64,000 nt of DNA from Candidatus Aegiribacteria sp. (GTDB lineage Bacteria; Fermentibacterota; Fermentibacteria; Fermentibacterales; JCC-6). Shown here in pieces: positions 19,342 through 29,069 of the stretch. How positions within the stretch are numbered: position 1 is the first letter of the stretch; each line of letters starts with the position of its first letter. Below the pieces are notes generated by a model. It had not been told where the DNA came from, searched no databases, and was given only the letters and a program-made list of their open reading frames with translations. The translations under genes were made by a program, and so were the position numbers. Location of the stretch: NCBI GenBank assembly GCA_013138965.1, contig WTBT01000022.1, forward strand, positions 7,459-71,458, read 5' to 3'.

Positions 19342-20220
19342 TCAATTCTGTTCAAATGGCGTAATCGGGATGTTTCTCTCGAATGTGCTCCTGAGTACTG
19401 TGGCCTGGAGAGTATCATCTGAGAGGATCAGGAGGCCTCGAAGGGTTTCGGGATGATAAACCGGAGTGCCATTTATATGTGTTATAAGATCACCAGGCCT
19501 CAATCCAGCCTCCCAGGCTATGCTTCCTGTGGAGACAGAGACAATATGAATTCCCGAAGGTCTGGAGCATGTAAGGGATATGCTTGATAGAGCGGTTACA
19601 CCGAAGGAATACTCAGTGTATTCTTCGGACAGAACAACCAGTTTTGACCACATGTACCAGATCTGAGCGGGATAAAGAACAAGATAATCCCTGTTGTCGG
19701 TTTCCTGGAACTGTCGATCCGGCCTTATTATTCCCGTGATGATTCCAACGTACTCTTCGTTGTCGTTGAAGACCGCGGCACCCATAAGACCGTCCCTGAG
19801 ATCGGAAGTTAGAAGAAATGATCCGTCCGGGCACTGTTCCCTTGCTCTGCCCTCCACGGCAAGCACACCGGTTAATCCATGGCCGATTATCGTAAGTGTC
19901 TCTCCTATATCCGGTATTACATCGGAGGGGATCTGATAGCTGTCGAAGATCTCTTCATAAAAAGTCATTATCACCATACCCAGATCCGGTGATACAATGA
20001 AGGAATCAGGATAAAGTATCCCGGAAGATGTTTCTACGGTCACGGAATCATCCGGGGAAAATATACAGAGTGTTACGGCATGGTTGGGTGAAATCGCAAC
20101 CGCTGTGGAGAGTTCTATCGCACCGGATGAGGTCTCGATTCTTACCGGAAGTACCTGATCCATCAGGGAGGCAGGTGCTGCGAGCACTGCAACTGCAATA
20201 AGAAACGGGATCATTATCAC
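19342..20220 (-). CDS. periplasmic HtrA-like trypsin-fold plus PDZ protein, probable pseudo-protease
   Basis: Signal peptide. PDZ-like 'GIHIVSVSTGSIAWEAGLRPGDLITHINGTPV'. The trypsin-like region has 'RDGLMGAAVF' where GDSGGPL is expected, so the catalytic Ser is not evident. Confidence 0.55.
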   Translation of the reverse strand: MIMIPFLIAVAVLAAPASLMDQVLPVRIETSSGAIELSTAVAISPNHAVTLCIFSPDDSVTVETSSGILYPDSFIVSPDLGMVIMTFYEEIFDSYQIPSDVIPDIGETLTIIGHGLTGVLAVEGRAREQCPDGSFLLTSDLRDGLMGAAVFNDNEEYVGIITGIIRPDRQFQETDNRDYLVLYPAQIWYMWSKLVVLSEEYTEYSFGVTALSSISLTCSRPSGIHIVSVSTGSIAWEAGLRPGDLITHINGTPVYHPETLRGLLILSDDTLQATVLRSTFERNIPITPFEQN

Positions 20221-20691
20221 CTAGAAGGAAATCAGGCTCGCCTGCCTGGAATATTCAGAGAAAGGAGCTGTCCTGATGCCCGATTTCGAAGAAAGCCGGA
20301 TGTCAGCGTTCTTGGATTCGTGTATGGCCATTTCGATGCCTGAAGGTTCAGTAATCGATTCCTGATCGCCGGAAAGAGGAAGTATCGCGAGGGCGAAGAT
20401 CAGAAGAGCGGCAACAGCGGGAAGCGCCAGAAATGCGCTGCGGAACCCGTGATCCGAATGCCTGATATCGGCGGTGCTATGAAGCATTTCCCTGATATTC
20501 TTTTCAAGATCCGGAGAAGGGGGCGGAGCGGGTAGTTTTCCGGCTATCTCCGAAATATCCCTGCACATGCTCATAGCTTTTCTGCAGGAACCGCAGCCCA
20601 TCAGATGGAAATCAAGAAGCCTTTTCTGATATTCAGCAGCTTCTCCATCGATAACAAGACTTATTATTTTTACTGCATTTGAACAGTTCAT
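20221..20691 (-). CDS. anti-sigma factor, zf-HC2 type with one TM helix
   Basis: 'HLMGCGSCRKAMSMC' zinc-finger motif plus TM segment FLALPAVAALLIFALAIL. Its ATG overlaps the sigma-factor stop as ATGA (20688-20691). Confidence 0.65.
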   Translation of the reverse strand: MNCSNAVKIISLVIDGEAAEYQKRLLDFHLMGCGSCRKAMSMCRDISEIAGKLPAPPPSPDLEKNIREMLHSTADIRHSDHGFRSAFLALPAVAALLIFALAILPLSGDQESITEPSGIEMAIHESKNADIRLSSKSGIRTAPFSEYSRQASLISF

Positions 20692-21218
20692 TTCCACTCT
20701 TCCCATACATGATCCAGTAGATCCCTCAGTCTTGTCCTGGCGCGGTTAATCCTTGATTTTACAGTTCCAAGGCGGATATTGAGGACATCCGAAATGTCTT
20801 CGTACGACATCTGTTCCTGTTCTCTTAGAATGAACGGCTCTCTGTAATGGGGAGGCAGCTTGTCAACTGCTTCCTCTATCGATGCCCTGAGTTCAATTCT
20901 TCCGGCATTGTAATGCGGCGCAGTCTTGCCTGAACTTGTAAGGTTGACATGTTCAAGCGGGACATTTATCCATCTTGACCTTCTGCGCCATTCCTTCTTT
21001 GCCAGATTGCTGGCGATTGTGAATATCCAGTTTACCAGTTTCCTGTCGGTATCGAATTTGTCTCTGTACCTGTAAACCCTGCAGAACGTGAGCTGGAGCA
21101 TTTCGTGGGCATCTTCCTCGTTTCCGAGCATCCTTATCAGCATTGAGTAAATCGGAGCCTGAAATCTTCTGATTACTTCAGAAAAGGCCTCTTCATCGCC
21201 TTTGCAGAGGTCAATCAT
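20688..21218 (-). CDS. ECF (sigma-70 family, group IV) RNA polymerase sigma factor
   Basis: Region 2 '..EAFSEVIRRFQAPIYSMLIRMLGNEEDAHEMLQLTFCRVY' and region 4 'MSYEDISDVLNIRLGTVKSRINRARTRL'. ORF 20688..21389 is 233 aa; the internal ATG at 21218 gives the usual ~177 aa and leaves room for a promoter. Confidence 0.8.
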   Translation of the reverse strand: MIDLCKGDEEAFSEVIRRFQAPIYSMLIRMLGNEEDAHEMLQLTFCRVYRYRDKFDTDRKLVNWIFTIASNLAKKEWRRRSRWINVPLEHVNLTSSGKTAPHYNAGRIELRASIEEAVDKLPPHYREPFILREQEQMSYEDISDVLNIRLGTVKSRINRARTRLRDLLDHVWEEWK

Positions 21219-21415
21219 AAGTTCGGAATCGGATCTTGAATCTTTTTCCGTACGTTTGGCTGTTATAATTCTTCCAGTCAAAATACACCTTCCTGGAGTC
21301 GGCGCCTGGGGTCGGCAATCAGTATCTTCACAGATAATATACCCGATACCGCCTGTCTTGTTCCAGCCTTCATTACTTGACCTGAACATGATATTTGGTG
21401 AAGATAGTGTCTACC

Positions 21416-23317
21416 ATGAAAAAGAAAAGTACCATATTCAGAATATTATCGTATCTTCGCCCCTACTGGAAGTGGATGACAGGGGCCATGCTATGCATGG
21501 TGCTCTTCGCTATTTTCAGTGGCGCTTCACTGGGTATGATCCTGCCTCTGTTTGATAATGTTTTCGCAAGGAATACCGCAGTTGAGGATATGAGCGATTT
21601 CCTTCCGGCGCTCAGGCAGAATACAGGCGAGGCTTTCAGCAGGATGGGTTCGGAAATGCTCTCATTCAGTCCGGAGGGGGTTATCTCCGCAGGTGGAGAT
21701 GTTGTAGAAGGGGTGAGGGACAGTTTAAGAGAATCGGATCCGCAGCAGGTACTGATAGCTATAGTCCTCGGGCTTATATTCATAGTGCTGATGAAGAACT
21801 TTCTCGGCTTCATGCAGGTATTTTTCCTTTCAAGGGCGGAACAGGGTGTCGTGGCCAGTATAAGAGGCAGTCTCTACAACCATTTGCTGCGACTTGATAT
21901 GGGATTTTACACATCCGCCAGGTCGGGGGATGTAATGGCGAGGTTCACCTCCGATGTGGGGAACATGAACTGGGCGATGACCGAGATGATGATGAGCGTT
22001 CCCAGACAGGTTGTGCTTCTTCTTGTTTACCTGGCGCTCGCGCTCCTGGCTTCATGGCGTCTTGCTCTTATGACTCTTCTTGTTTTCCCTCCTGCAATGC
22101 TTTTCATATTGATACTGAGCAAGAGACTCAGGAAAAAGACCCATTACTCACAGGAAAAACTGTCGGATTTCTCAGCGCTTCTCCAGGAAACGATATTCGG
22201 TATCAGAATTGTCAAAGCCTTTTCGATGGAGAAATTTGAAAGTTCCAGATTTGCCGATATTCTGGATGTTCACAGGAAGACCGAAACATCCCTTCAGCGT
22301 GAGAGAGCGTTCGCAAGCCCGGTTACTGAGATCATGGGCTCAATAGCAAGTGGTTTCATAATGTGGTATGGAGGCAGCGCGATCCTCGCCGGAGGTTCCC
22401 TTTCTACGGGGAGATTTCTTGTTTTCCTCGCTGCGGCTCTCTCTATGATGAAACCGATCAAGACCATAAGCAATGCGAACAGCAGGATACAGACCGGTTT
22501 AGCTTCAGCAGAGCGGGTTTTCGATCTTATGGACAGAGAACCGGCGATAAAACAGCCTCTGAATCCGGTACGCTTCGATTCATTTCATGACAGTATAGAG
22601 TTCAGGGACGTCTGCTTCAGCTACGAAAGCGGGATACCTGTCCTGACAGATGTATCATTCTCTCTCGAGAAAGGTGAAATAATTGCGCTGGTAGGACCAA
22701 GCGGGGGAGGCAAGAGTACGATTGCCGACCTTATTCCCCGGTTCTACGATCCTGATTCCGGTTCAATTCTGATAGACGGCAGTGATCTTAGAACTATCGA
22801 CCTTGAAGGACTGAGAAAGAACCTTGGTGTGGTCACACAGGAGACAGTCCTTTTCAACGATACGGTAAGGAACAACATTGCGTACGGGGAAGAAAGCATC
22901 CCATTGGAGAAAGTAAGGCTGGCAGCAGAGGTAGCTAACGCTCTTGAGTTCATAGAGGAGCTGCCCCTGGGTTTCAGTACGATAATAGGGGAGAGAGGCG
23001 CCAGGTTATCCGGCGGACAGAGACAGCGACTGGCGATTGCAAGGGCAGTTCTGAAGGATCCTGATATTCTTATCTTCGATGAAGCGACCTCCGCTCTGGA
23101 TACTCATTCCGAACGTCAGGTGCAGAAGGCAATTGACGGGCTTATTGAGGGCAGGACTTCGCTGATAATAGCCCACAGGCTCAGCACTATCACAAAAGCG
23201 ACCAGGGTTTTCTATATCGATAAAGGCAGAATTGTTGAAAGCGGAACGCATTCTGAATTACTCAAAATGAATGGCAGATACAGACTACTCTATGACATGC
23301 AGTTCGCAGGTAAATAG
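21416..23317 (+). CDS. msbA: ABC transporter ATP-binding/permease, MsbA-like lipid exporter
   Basis: Six-TM domain plus ABC signature 'LSGGQRQRLAIARAVLKDPDILIFDEATSALD' and Walker A 'GPSGGGKST'. Confidence 0.85.
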   Translation: MKKKSTIFRILSYLRPYWKWMTGAMLCMVLFAIFSGASLGMILPLFDNVFARNTAVEDMSDFLPALRQNTGEAFSRMGSEMLSFSPEGVISAGGDVVEGVRDSLRESDPQQVLIAIVLGLIFIVLMKNFLGFMQVFFLSRAEQGVVASIRGSLYNHLLRLDMGFYTSARSGDVMARFTSDVGNMNWAMTEMMMSVPRQVVLLLVYLALALLASWRLALMTLLVFPPAMLFILILSKRLRKKTHYSQEKLSDFSALLQETIFGIRIVKAFSMEKFESSRFADILDVHRKTETSLQRERAFASPVTEIMGSIASGFIMWYGGSAILAGGSLSTGRFLVFLAAALSMMKPIKTISNANSRIQTGLASAERVFDLMDREPAIKQPLNPVRFDSFHDSIEFRDVCFSYESGIPVLTDVSFSLEKGEIIALVGPSGGGKSTIADLIPRFYDPDSGSILIDGSDLRTIDLEGLRKNLGVVTQETVLFNDTVRNNIAYGEESIPLEKVRLAAEVANALEFIEELPLGFSTIIGERGARLSGGQRQRLAIARAVLKDPDILIFDEATSALDTHSERQVQKAIDGLIEGRTSLIIAHRLSTITKATRVFYIDKGRIVESGTHSELLKMNGRYRLLYDMQFAGK

Positions 23318-24251
23318 CGCGGCAGTTATCCGTCTGCATTCGCTGGGTGATGTTGTTCTTGCCCAGCCTGCAGCTTCGGAACTTAATAAGTATTACGAAG
23401 TCTTCTTTGTTACATCGGAGCAATATGAACCGGTGGTCTCGCGAATGCCGGGTGAGATCCAGCCGGTATTCTTCGGGAAGGATACCGGCCCCCTCGATCT
23501 GAGGAAACTCATTAACAGAATATCACCGGACTTCGTAGTAGATCTTCAGAATAATATCACTTCCAGAATAGCGACCGCCGGAAGACGGGTAAAAGGTAGA
23601 TTCCGGATGGACAGGAAGCTGAGAAAAATGGTAATGGACAAGAGGGCTGAATCAATGCCCTTGCGCAGTTGGGAATTCATGCGATCCGCAGGTTTCGAGA
23701 ACGCCCCGGATCCCAAACTTGAGAAAAGTGGTGATACAGGTTCAGAAGGACTGAGAATCGGAATAGTAACAGGAGGCCGCTGGTACATCAAATCAATACC
23801 CTCCTCTGTCATTTCCGAAACATCAAGGATTCTTGTGGATCTGCACGGCGCTGATATCGTGTTTCTCGGCGGTGCGGAGGATAAGGAAATGATACTGAGA
23901 ACCGCTGAATCAACCGGCAGGGGAAATATCGGTGTTTACTGTGGCGCTAATGGAGTCGAAGGCCTTATAGACACAATTGAAACCCTGGATCTGCTGATCT
24001 CTCCGGATTCAGGTCCTGCACATCTGGCGTCAGCGCTGGGCATTCCGGTTCTGGTGGTATTTACATCCACATCACCCTCGCTGGGTTTCTGGAGAAAGGA
24101 TCGAAAGGGCAACTATATGGTCAGCGACATCGGATGCAGGCCGTGTCACAGGCATGGAGGCAATTCCTGCCCGCTCAGCAGTGAGATATGCAGGAAGAGA
24201 ATACTGCCGCTTGATCTTGCAGAGAGTGCAATGGAACTGCTGGAATCATGA
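23271..24251 (+). CDS. glycosyltransferase family 9 (LPS heptosyltransferase-like)
   Basis: 'AVIRLHSLGDVVLAQPA' and 'LLISPDSGPAHLASALGIPVLVVF' are hallmark GT9 (RfaF/WaaC) motifs. ATGA overlap with mutS. Confidence 0.7.
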   Translation: MADTDYSMTCSSQVNSAAVIRLHSLGDVVLAQPAASELNKYYEVFFVTSEQYEPVVSRMPGEIQPVFFGKDTGPLDLRKLINRISPDFVVDLQNNITSRIATAGRRVKGRFRMDRKLRKMVMDKRAESMPLRSWEFMRSAGFENAPDPKLEKSGDTGSEGLRIGIVTGGRWYIKSIPSSVISETSRILVDLHGADIVFLGGAEDKEMILRTAESTGRGNIGVYCGANGVEGLIDTIETLDLLISPDSGPAHLASALGIPVLVVFTSTSPSLGFWRKDRKGNYMVSDIGCRPCHRHGGNSCPLSSEICRKRILPLDLAESAMELLES

Positions 24252-26806
24252 AAACCCCGATGATGCAGCAGTTTCTGGAGATCAAGGACAAGCACCGGAA
24301 CGAGATACTCCTTTTCAGAATGGGTGATTTCTACGAGACGTTTCTTGAAGACGCAAAAACTGTTTCAAGAGTCCTTGGAATTACGCTTACGGCAAGGGGA
24401 AGAAGCAGGGAGTCCGGTGAAAAGATACCACTTGCAGGATTCCCGTACCACGCTCTGGACGGTTACCTTTCAAAACTCATCAAAGCGGGGCACAGAGTGG
24501 CCATATGCGAACAGACCGAAGATCCCGCAAAGGCGAAGGGTCTTGTGAAACGGGGTGTGATAGAAGTAATAACCCCCGGTACTCTTGTAAGCGGTTCGGC
24601 TCTGGATGAACGCAGAACAATTCTCCTCTGCTCAGCTGTGACCGGTAAAAAGAGGGGAGGTCTCGCATTCTGCGACCTCTCGACCGGCGAGATAGAGGTC
24701 ACTGAAATGAACAGTGATATTCTGCCTGTGGAAATCGCCAGAAAAGCCCCCTCAGAGATACTTCTGCCTGAGGGCGAAAAGATCGAACCGCCTGCCGGTT
24801 GCGAGATTACCGAACTGGAACCATGGAAATTCGATTCGGATACCGCTGAATCCAGCGTAGAGTCCATACTCGATATTTCAGCTCTTGAAGGTCTTGGCAT
24901 GGAAATTGACAGCCCTGCTCTGTCAGCGCTTGGCGCCCTTTTAAACTACGTGAGAGATACCAAGAGAATGGATGTATCCCATCTTTGTTTCAGTGGTATG
25001 TACAGGCGGGAGGACAGCCTCATAATCGACAGGGGCAGCGCGCGTTCGCTGAACATTACAGAAGCGTTACCGGGGGAGGAATCCGGTATACTGTCGAATA
25101 TCACCGATCATACAAAAACACCGGCTGGATCAAGAGAATGGCGCAAATGGCTCTCCTCTCCGATAAGGGACAGAAATGAAATATCTGAGAGATACGACGC
25201 GCTGCAATGGCTTATGGAAACAAAGGGAACCCTTTCGGAACTGATAGAAATCCTTGACGGCACTGCTGACCTGCAGCGTCAGGCCGGAAAACTTGGCACA
25301 CTTCGTTCATCACCCAGGGATCTCAGAGCGGTAGCGGATACAATCGCAAGGCTTCCGGAGATTTCCAGCATTCTGAAAGATTCATCTTCCCGGATGCTGT
25401 CCGGAATGGCATCATCATATCTCCTGGAGGAAACGGGCAGGCTGATAGACTCGGTTGTTGTGGATGAGCCACCGGCGAAGCTTACCGACGGCGGTGCAGT
25501 CAGGGAAGGTGTTTCGAGGGAGCTTGATGAATACCGCTCCATACACGCAGGAGGTCATGACTGGATAGGATCCAGGAGGGACGAGGAGAGGCAGAAGACC
25601 GGTATCCCGAATCTGACCATAGGGAACAACAGGGTCTTCGGTTACTATATAGAAGTGTCGAACAGCCATTTAGAGAAGGTTCCGGAACACTACATAAGGA
25701 AGCAGACACTCGTTAATGCGGAACGTTTCATAACCCCCGACCTGAAAGAGGTCGAATCCAGGATATTCAGAGCCGGAGATGAGATCAAAAGAATTGAACA
25801 GGAGATATTCTCCGATCTGAGGAAGAAAGTCGCCCGGAGTATAGACGGTATAAGGAACGCCGGCAGAATGCTCGCGAGGCTCGATGTGCTGGCCTCGCTC
25901 AGTACGATTGCGATGAATAGAGGTTACGTGAGGCCCGAACTGTCGGACATTCCGGGGATTTCCATCAGGAACGGCAGGCATCCTGTACTGGATGAGATAC
26001 TTCCCCAGGGCGAATGTGTTCCAAACAGCATCGAACTAAACCAGGGGAGACGCATACTTCTTGTGACAGGCCCCAATATGGCCGGAAAATCAACTTACCT
26101 CCGTCAGGCGGCTCTCCTTCTCATCCTGGCGCAGGCAGGTTCCTTCGTTCCGGCCGAATCGATGATTTACTCACCTGTAGACAGAATATTTACAAGGATA
26201 GGGTCATCTGACCGCATAACGAGGGGCCAGTCTACATTTCTGGTCGAGATGGCGGAAGCCGCCGCGCTTCTGAATTCAAGCACCCCCGCAAGCCTTGCCA
26301 TTCTTGATGAAGTCGGCAGAGGAACAAGCACCTACGATGGATTATCACTTGCCTGGGCTATGGTGGAGTATCTGCACAACAGTGAAAAACACAGGCCGCT
26401 TGTTCTATTCGCCACCCACTATCACGAGCTGACAGTTCTGGCGAACCTTCTGGCAGCAGTCGAAAATGTGAACGTGAAAGTGAAGGATTCCGGCGGAAAA
26501 GTAGTATTTCTTTACAGTATTGAAGAGGGAAGCACCGATGAATCCTACGGAATACACGTCGCTTCGATGGCCGGGGTGCCTTCAAAGGTCGTTAGAAGGG
26601 CAAGAAAGGTTCTTTCTGATCTTGAGGCCGGCAAACATCTTATGTCGGGAGGAGCAGGAGAAGGCCAGCTTGAACTCCGTTTTGAAGAGCCTGAGGTCGA
26701 AGAAAGCAATCCGGTGCTTGAGCATATCAGGGAGATAGATCCGGATTCACTGACACCAAGGAGGGCTCTGGAAATCCTTTACGAACTCCGCGACAGGCTG
26801 GAATAG
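24248..26806 (+). CDS. mutS: DNA mismatch repair protein MutS
   Basis: N-terminus 'TPMMQQFLEIKDKH..ILLFRMGDFYETF', Walker A 'GPNMAGKSTYLRQ'. 852 aa, full domain order. Confidence 0.95.
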   Translation: MKTPMMQQFLEIKDKHRNEILLFRMGDFYETFLEDAKTVSRVLGITLTARGRSRESGEKIPLAGFPYHALDGYLSKLIKAGHRVAICEQTEDPAKAKGLVKRGVIEVITPGTLVSGSALDERRTILLCSAVTGKKRGGLAFCDLSTGEIEVTEMNSDILPVEIARKAPSEILLPEGEKIEPPAGCEITELEPWKFDSDTAESSVESILDISALEGLGMEIDSPALSALGALLNYVRDTKRMDVSHLCFSGMYRREDSLIIDRGSARSLNITEALPGEESGILSNITDHTKTPAGSREWRKWLSSPIRDRNEISERYDALQWLMETKGTLSELIEILDGTADLQRQAGKLGTLRSSPRDLRAVADTIARLPEISSILKDSSSRMLSGMASSYLLEETGRLIDSVVVDEPPAKLTDGGAVREGVSRELDEYRSIHAGGHDWIGSRRDEERQKTGIPNLTIGNNRVFGYYIEVSNSHLEKVPEHYIRKQTLVNAERFITPDLKEVESRIFRAGDEIKRIEQEIFSDLRKKVARSIDGIRNAGRMLARLDVLASLSTIAMNRGYVRPELSDIPGISIRNGRHPVLDEILPQGECVPNSIELNQGRRILLVTGPNMAGKSTYLRQAALLLILAQAGSFVPAESMIYSPVDRIFTRIGSSDRITRGQSTFLVEMAEAAALLNSSTPASLAILDEVGRGTSTYDGLSLAWAMVEYLHNSEKHRPLVLFATHYHELTVLANLLAAVENVNVKVKDSGGKVVFLYSIEEGSTDESYGIHVASMAGVPSKVVRRARKVLSDLEAGKHLMSGGAGEGQLELRFEEPEVEESNPVLEHIREIDPDSLTPRRALEILYELRDRLE

Positions 26807-26911
26807 AGGCTTTCACACTGGTCATCCAATCAGTAGACTTCCTGCTCCTCCCGGGGTATTTTCTATCTTCTTGATTATTTTGTTCACAAAATTCAGCGGG
26901 GGGAGCTATTC

Positions 26912-27655
26912 ATTAAAGATCAGCATCCGGAAGGCATTTCGGTAGTATTTCCCGCATTCAACGAAGAAGAAAACGTGGAGTACATGGTTGAAACGGCCAT
27001 TGAAGTTCTATCAGGTCTTGGAGTTGAATGGGAGATAATCGTTATTGATGACGGGTCTTCCGACAGAACAGCTTTGATCGCGGAAGAACTCACACGGATA
27101 CATCAGGGTGTAAAACTTGTAAGGCACACTGAAAACAGAGGAATCGGAAGCGCTGTAAGAACAGGTATATCCTCATCTTCAAAAACATGGATATTCTACA
27201 CCGACTGTGACGGACAGTTTGACCTTGGTGAGCTTGAAAAGCTCTGGCTCGTTCGCGAAAATTCAGATGTCGTCTCCGGTTTCAGGCGAAGGAGAAAGGA
27301 CCCTCTGATGAGGCTCATCTATTCCTTCGCGTACAATACCCTTGCATATATATTCTTTTTCGGCGGATTCAAGGATGTGGACGCGTCTTTCAAACTTTTC
27401 AGACGTGAGATCTTCGACAGGATAAGCTTAAGATCATCTTCCAGTGTTGCTGACCTTGAACTTCTTCTCTTGCCGCGAATGTGCGGTTACAGAGTCCGCC
27501 AGCTTCCGGTATCCCACTTTCCCCGCAGGGCAGGCATAGTATCATGTGAGAGCTACAGGAAGGGGATTTTCGCGTGGGTCAGGATAGCTCCCATAATGGA
27601 AATGTTTCTTCAGCTCGTTCAGCTGCGGTTAAGAGTATGGAGGGGAGATGTCTGA
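26912..27655 (+). CDS. glycosyltransferase family 2 (DPM1-like); conserved N-terminus lies upstream of the first canonical start
   Basis: GT2 motifs 'ISVVFPAFNEEEN', 'IIVIDDGSSDRT', 'YTDCDGQFD'. The first ATG/GTG/TTG is the GTG at 26975, inside the conserved first beta-strand. An in-frame ATT at 26912 lies 6 nt after a GGGGGGAG Shine-Dalgarno. Confidence 0.6.
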   Translation: MKDQHPEGISVVFPAFNEEENVEYMVETAIEVLSGLGVEWEIIVIDDGSSDRTALIAEELTRIHQGVKLVRHTENRGIGSAVRTGISSSSKTWIFYTDCDGQFDLGELEKLWLVRENSDVVSGFRRRRKDPLMRLIYSFAYNTLAYIFFFGGFKDVDASFKLFRREIFDRISLRSSSSVADLELLLLPRMCGYRVRQLPVSHFPRRAGIVSCESYRKGIFAWVRIAPIMEMFLQLVQLRLRVWRGDV

Positions 27656-29069
27656 GGAGAGGAACGAAGCGCTTCTGGCAACACCTTTGCCCCCGATGGA
27701 AACCGGGCTGGCCACGTATGCTCTGAGAGTGCTCGAAAGCACAATCGATTTCGTAGACTGGACGGTGGCCTGTACACCTGGAAGTGACCCTTCATCCCTT
27801 CCCGCGAGTGTAAGAACCGTGCCAATTGACCGTCTTGAGGAGGGCAATCTGCCCGTTGCCAGAATATTCCAGATCGGCAATTCACCGCATTGCTTCCCGG
27901 TGCTCCAGGCATTGTACAGATTTGGCGGAACCGCTCTCTTTCATGAGACGGTCATTCATCATATGCTAAGACACTGCTATCTGGCGAGTAACCGGATGCA
28001 GGACTACAGGAGGGAACTTGTATTCTGCTACGGGCCGGCTGCGGAAGCTGTGGAAAATGACCTTTCGGTCGGGAATATCCCTGCCGCTGAATACGACAGA
28101 AAGCTTAAGCGCTACCCTCTGCTGGGAAGAGCCCTGCATGCGTCGCATTCCGCCGTATGTCTTAATTCATACGCGGCTTCCAAGGTGAGGATGTCTTATC
28201 CGGAAGGCAGAGTTCTGGCCATCGGCCATCCACTCAGCCCACTTCCTGAGCTGGAAATACACTCGAAACCCTTTCCCCTCTGTTTCGGAATGCTGGGAAC
28301 CAATCATCCCGGCAGGAATCTTGAGAGCCTTATTGAGGCTGTCGAGCTTCTGAGGAATGATTTTCCGGACGCGGGTCTTGTTCTGATAGGCGCAGGATAT
28401 CCCGATGAACTGCCGGAATGGATAAGGAGAACGGGAAGGCTTAACGAGAGGGAATATCAGGGCTGGATAAGAACGCTGGATTACGTGTTTGACCTGAGGC
28501 ATCCGACATGCGGTGAAACATCCGGCAGCCTTCTTGAAGGGATGAGGGCCGGTATACCATCCATCGTAACAGCAACCGGATCGTTCAATAACCTCCCATC
28601 CGATGCGGTGATAAGGGTTCCTCCTGAGAGCATTGTTCAGGGTGTCCGTGAAGCGGTATTCATGCTGGAGAGGAGACCCGATCTGAGGAATACCCTCTCG
28701 AACAAGGGAGCTTCCTACGCAGGGGATACAGGTTCTGAAGAAAGGCTTTTAAGTGACTGGAAAAGAGTTCTTCGCCTTGCGCGAAAACCTCCTGTGGATG
28801 TGGATAACCGTATTTCTATTTCTCCGGCCTGGAACGAACCCCCCGAGGGTTTCACGAGGGATCTGAACACTTTGCCGGTAACATGGGTATTCTCCGGAAC
28901 GGCAGAGCTTGAAGGCCCGGAATTCTCCTCGGGAGCGCTGGTAACGGTATGGGGAGAAGGTACCCTCGGCCGTATCGAGCTTGAGAGTGAGCCAGCCGTT
29001 ATAAACCATGATGGCAGAACACTGTGTTTCAGCGGTAATGGATATGTCTCGAATGTTATCTGGAAATAA
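27648..29069 (+). CDS. glycosyltransferase family 4-like protein (divergent)
   Basis: 'ETSGSLLEGMRAGIPSIVTATGSFNNLPSDAVIRV' is a GT4 C-domain motif. The ATG at 27648 follows a GGAGGGGAG Shine-Dalgarno. Confidence 0.6.
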   Translation: MSEERNEALLATPLPPMETGLATYALRVLESTIDFVDWTVACTPGSDPSSLPASVRTVPIDRLEEGNLPVARIFQIGNSPHCFPVLQALYRFGGTALFHETVIHHMLRHCYLASNRMQDYRRELVFCYGPAAEAVENDLSVGNIPAAEYDRKLKRYPLLGRALHASHSAVCLNSYAASKVRMSYPEGRVLAIGHPLSPLPELEIHSKPFPLCFGMLGTNHPGRNLESLIEAVELLRNDFPDAGLVLIGAGYPDELPEWIRRTGRLNEREYQGWIRTLDYVFDLRHPTCGETSGSLLEGMRAGIPSIVTATGSFNNLPSDAVIRVPPESIVQGVREAVFMLERRPDLRNTLSNKGASYAGDTGSEERLLSDWKRVLRLARKPPVDVDNRISISPAWNEPPEGFTRDLNTLPVTWVFSGTAELEGPEFSSGALVTVWGEGTLGRIELESEPAVINHDGRTLCFSGNGYVSNVIWK

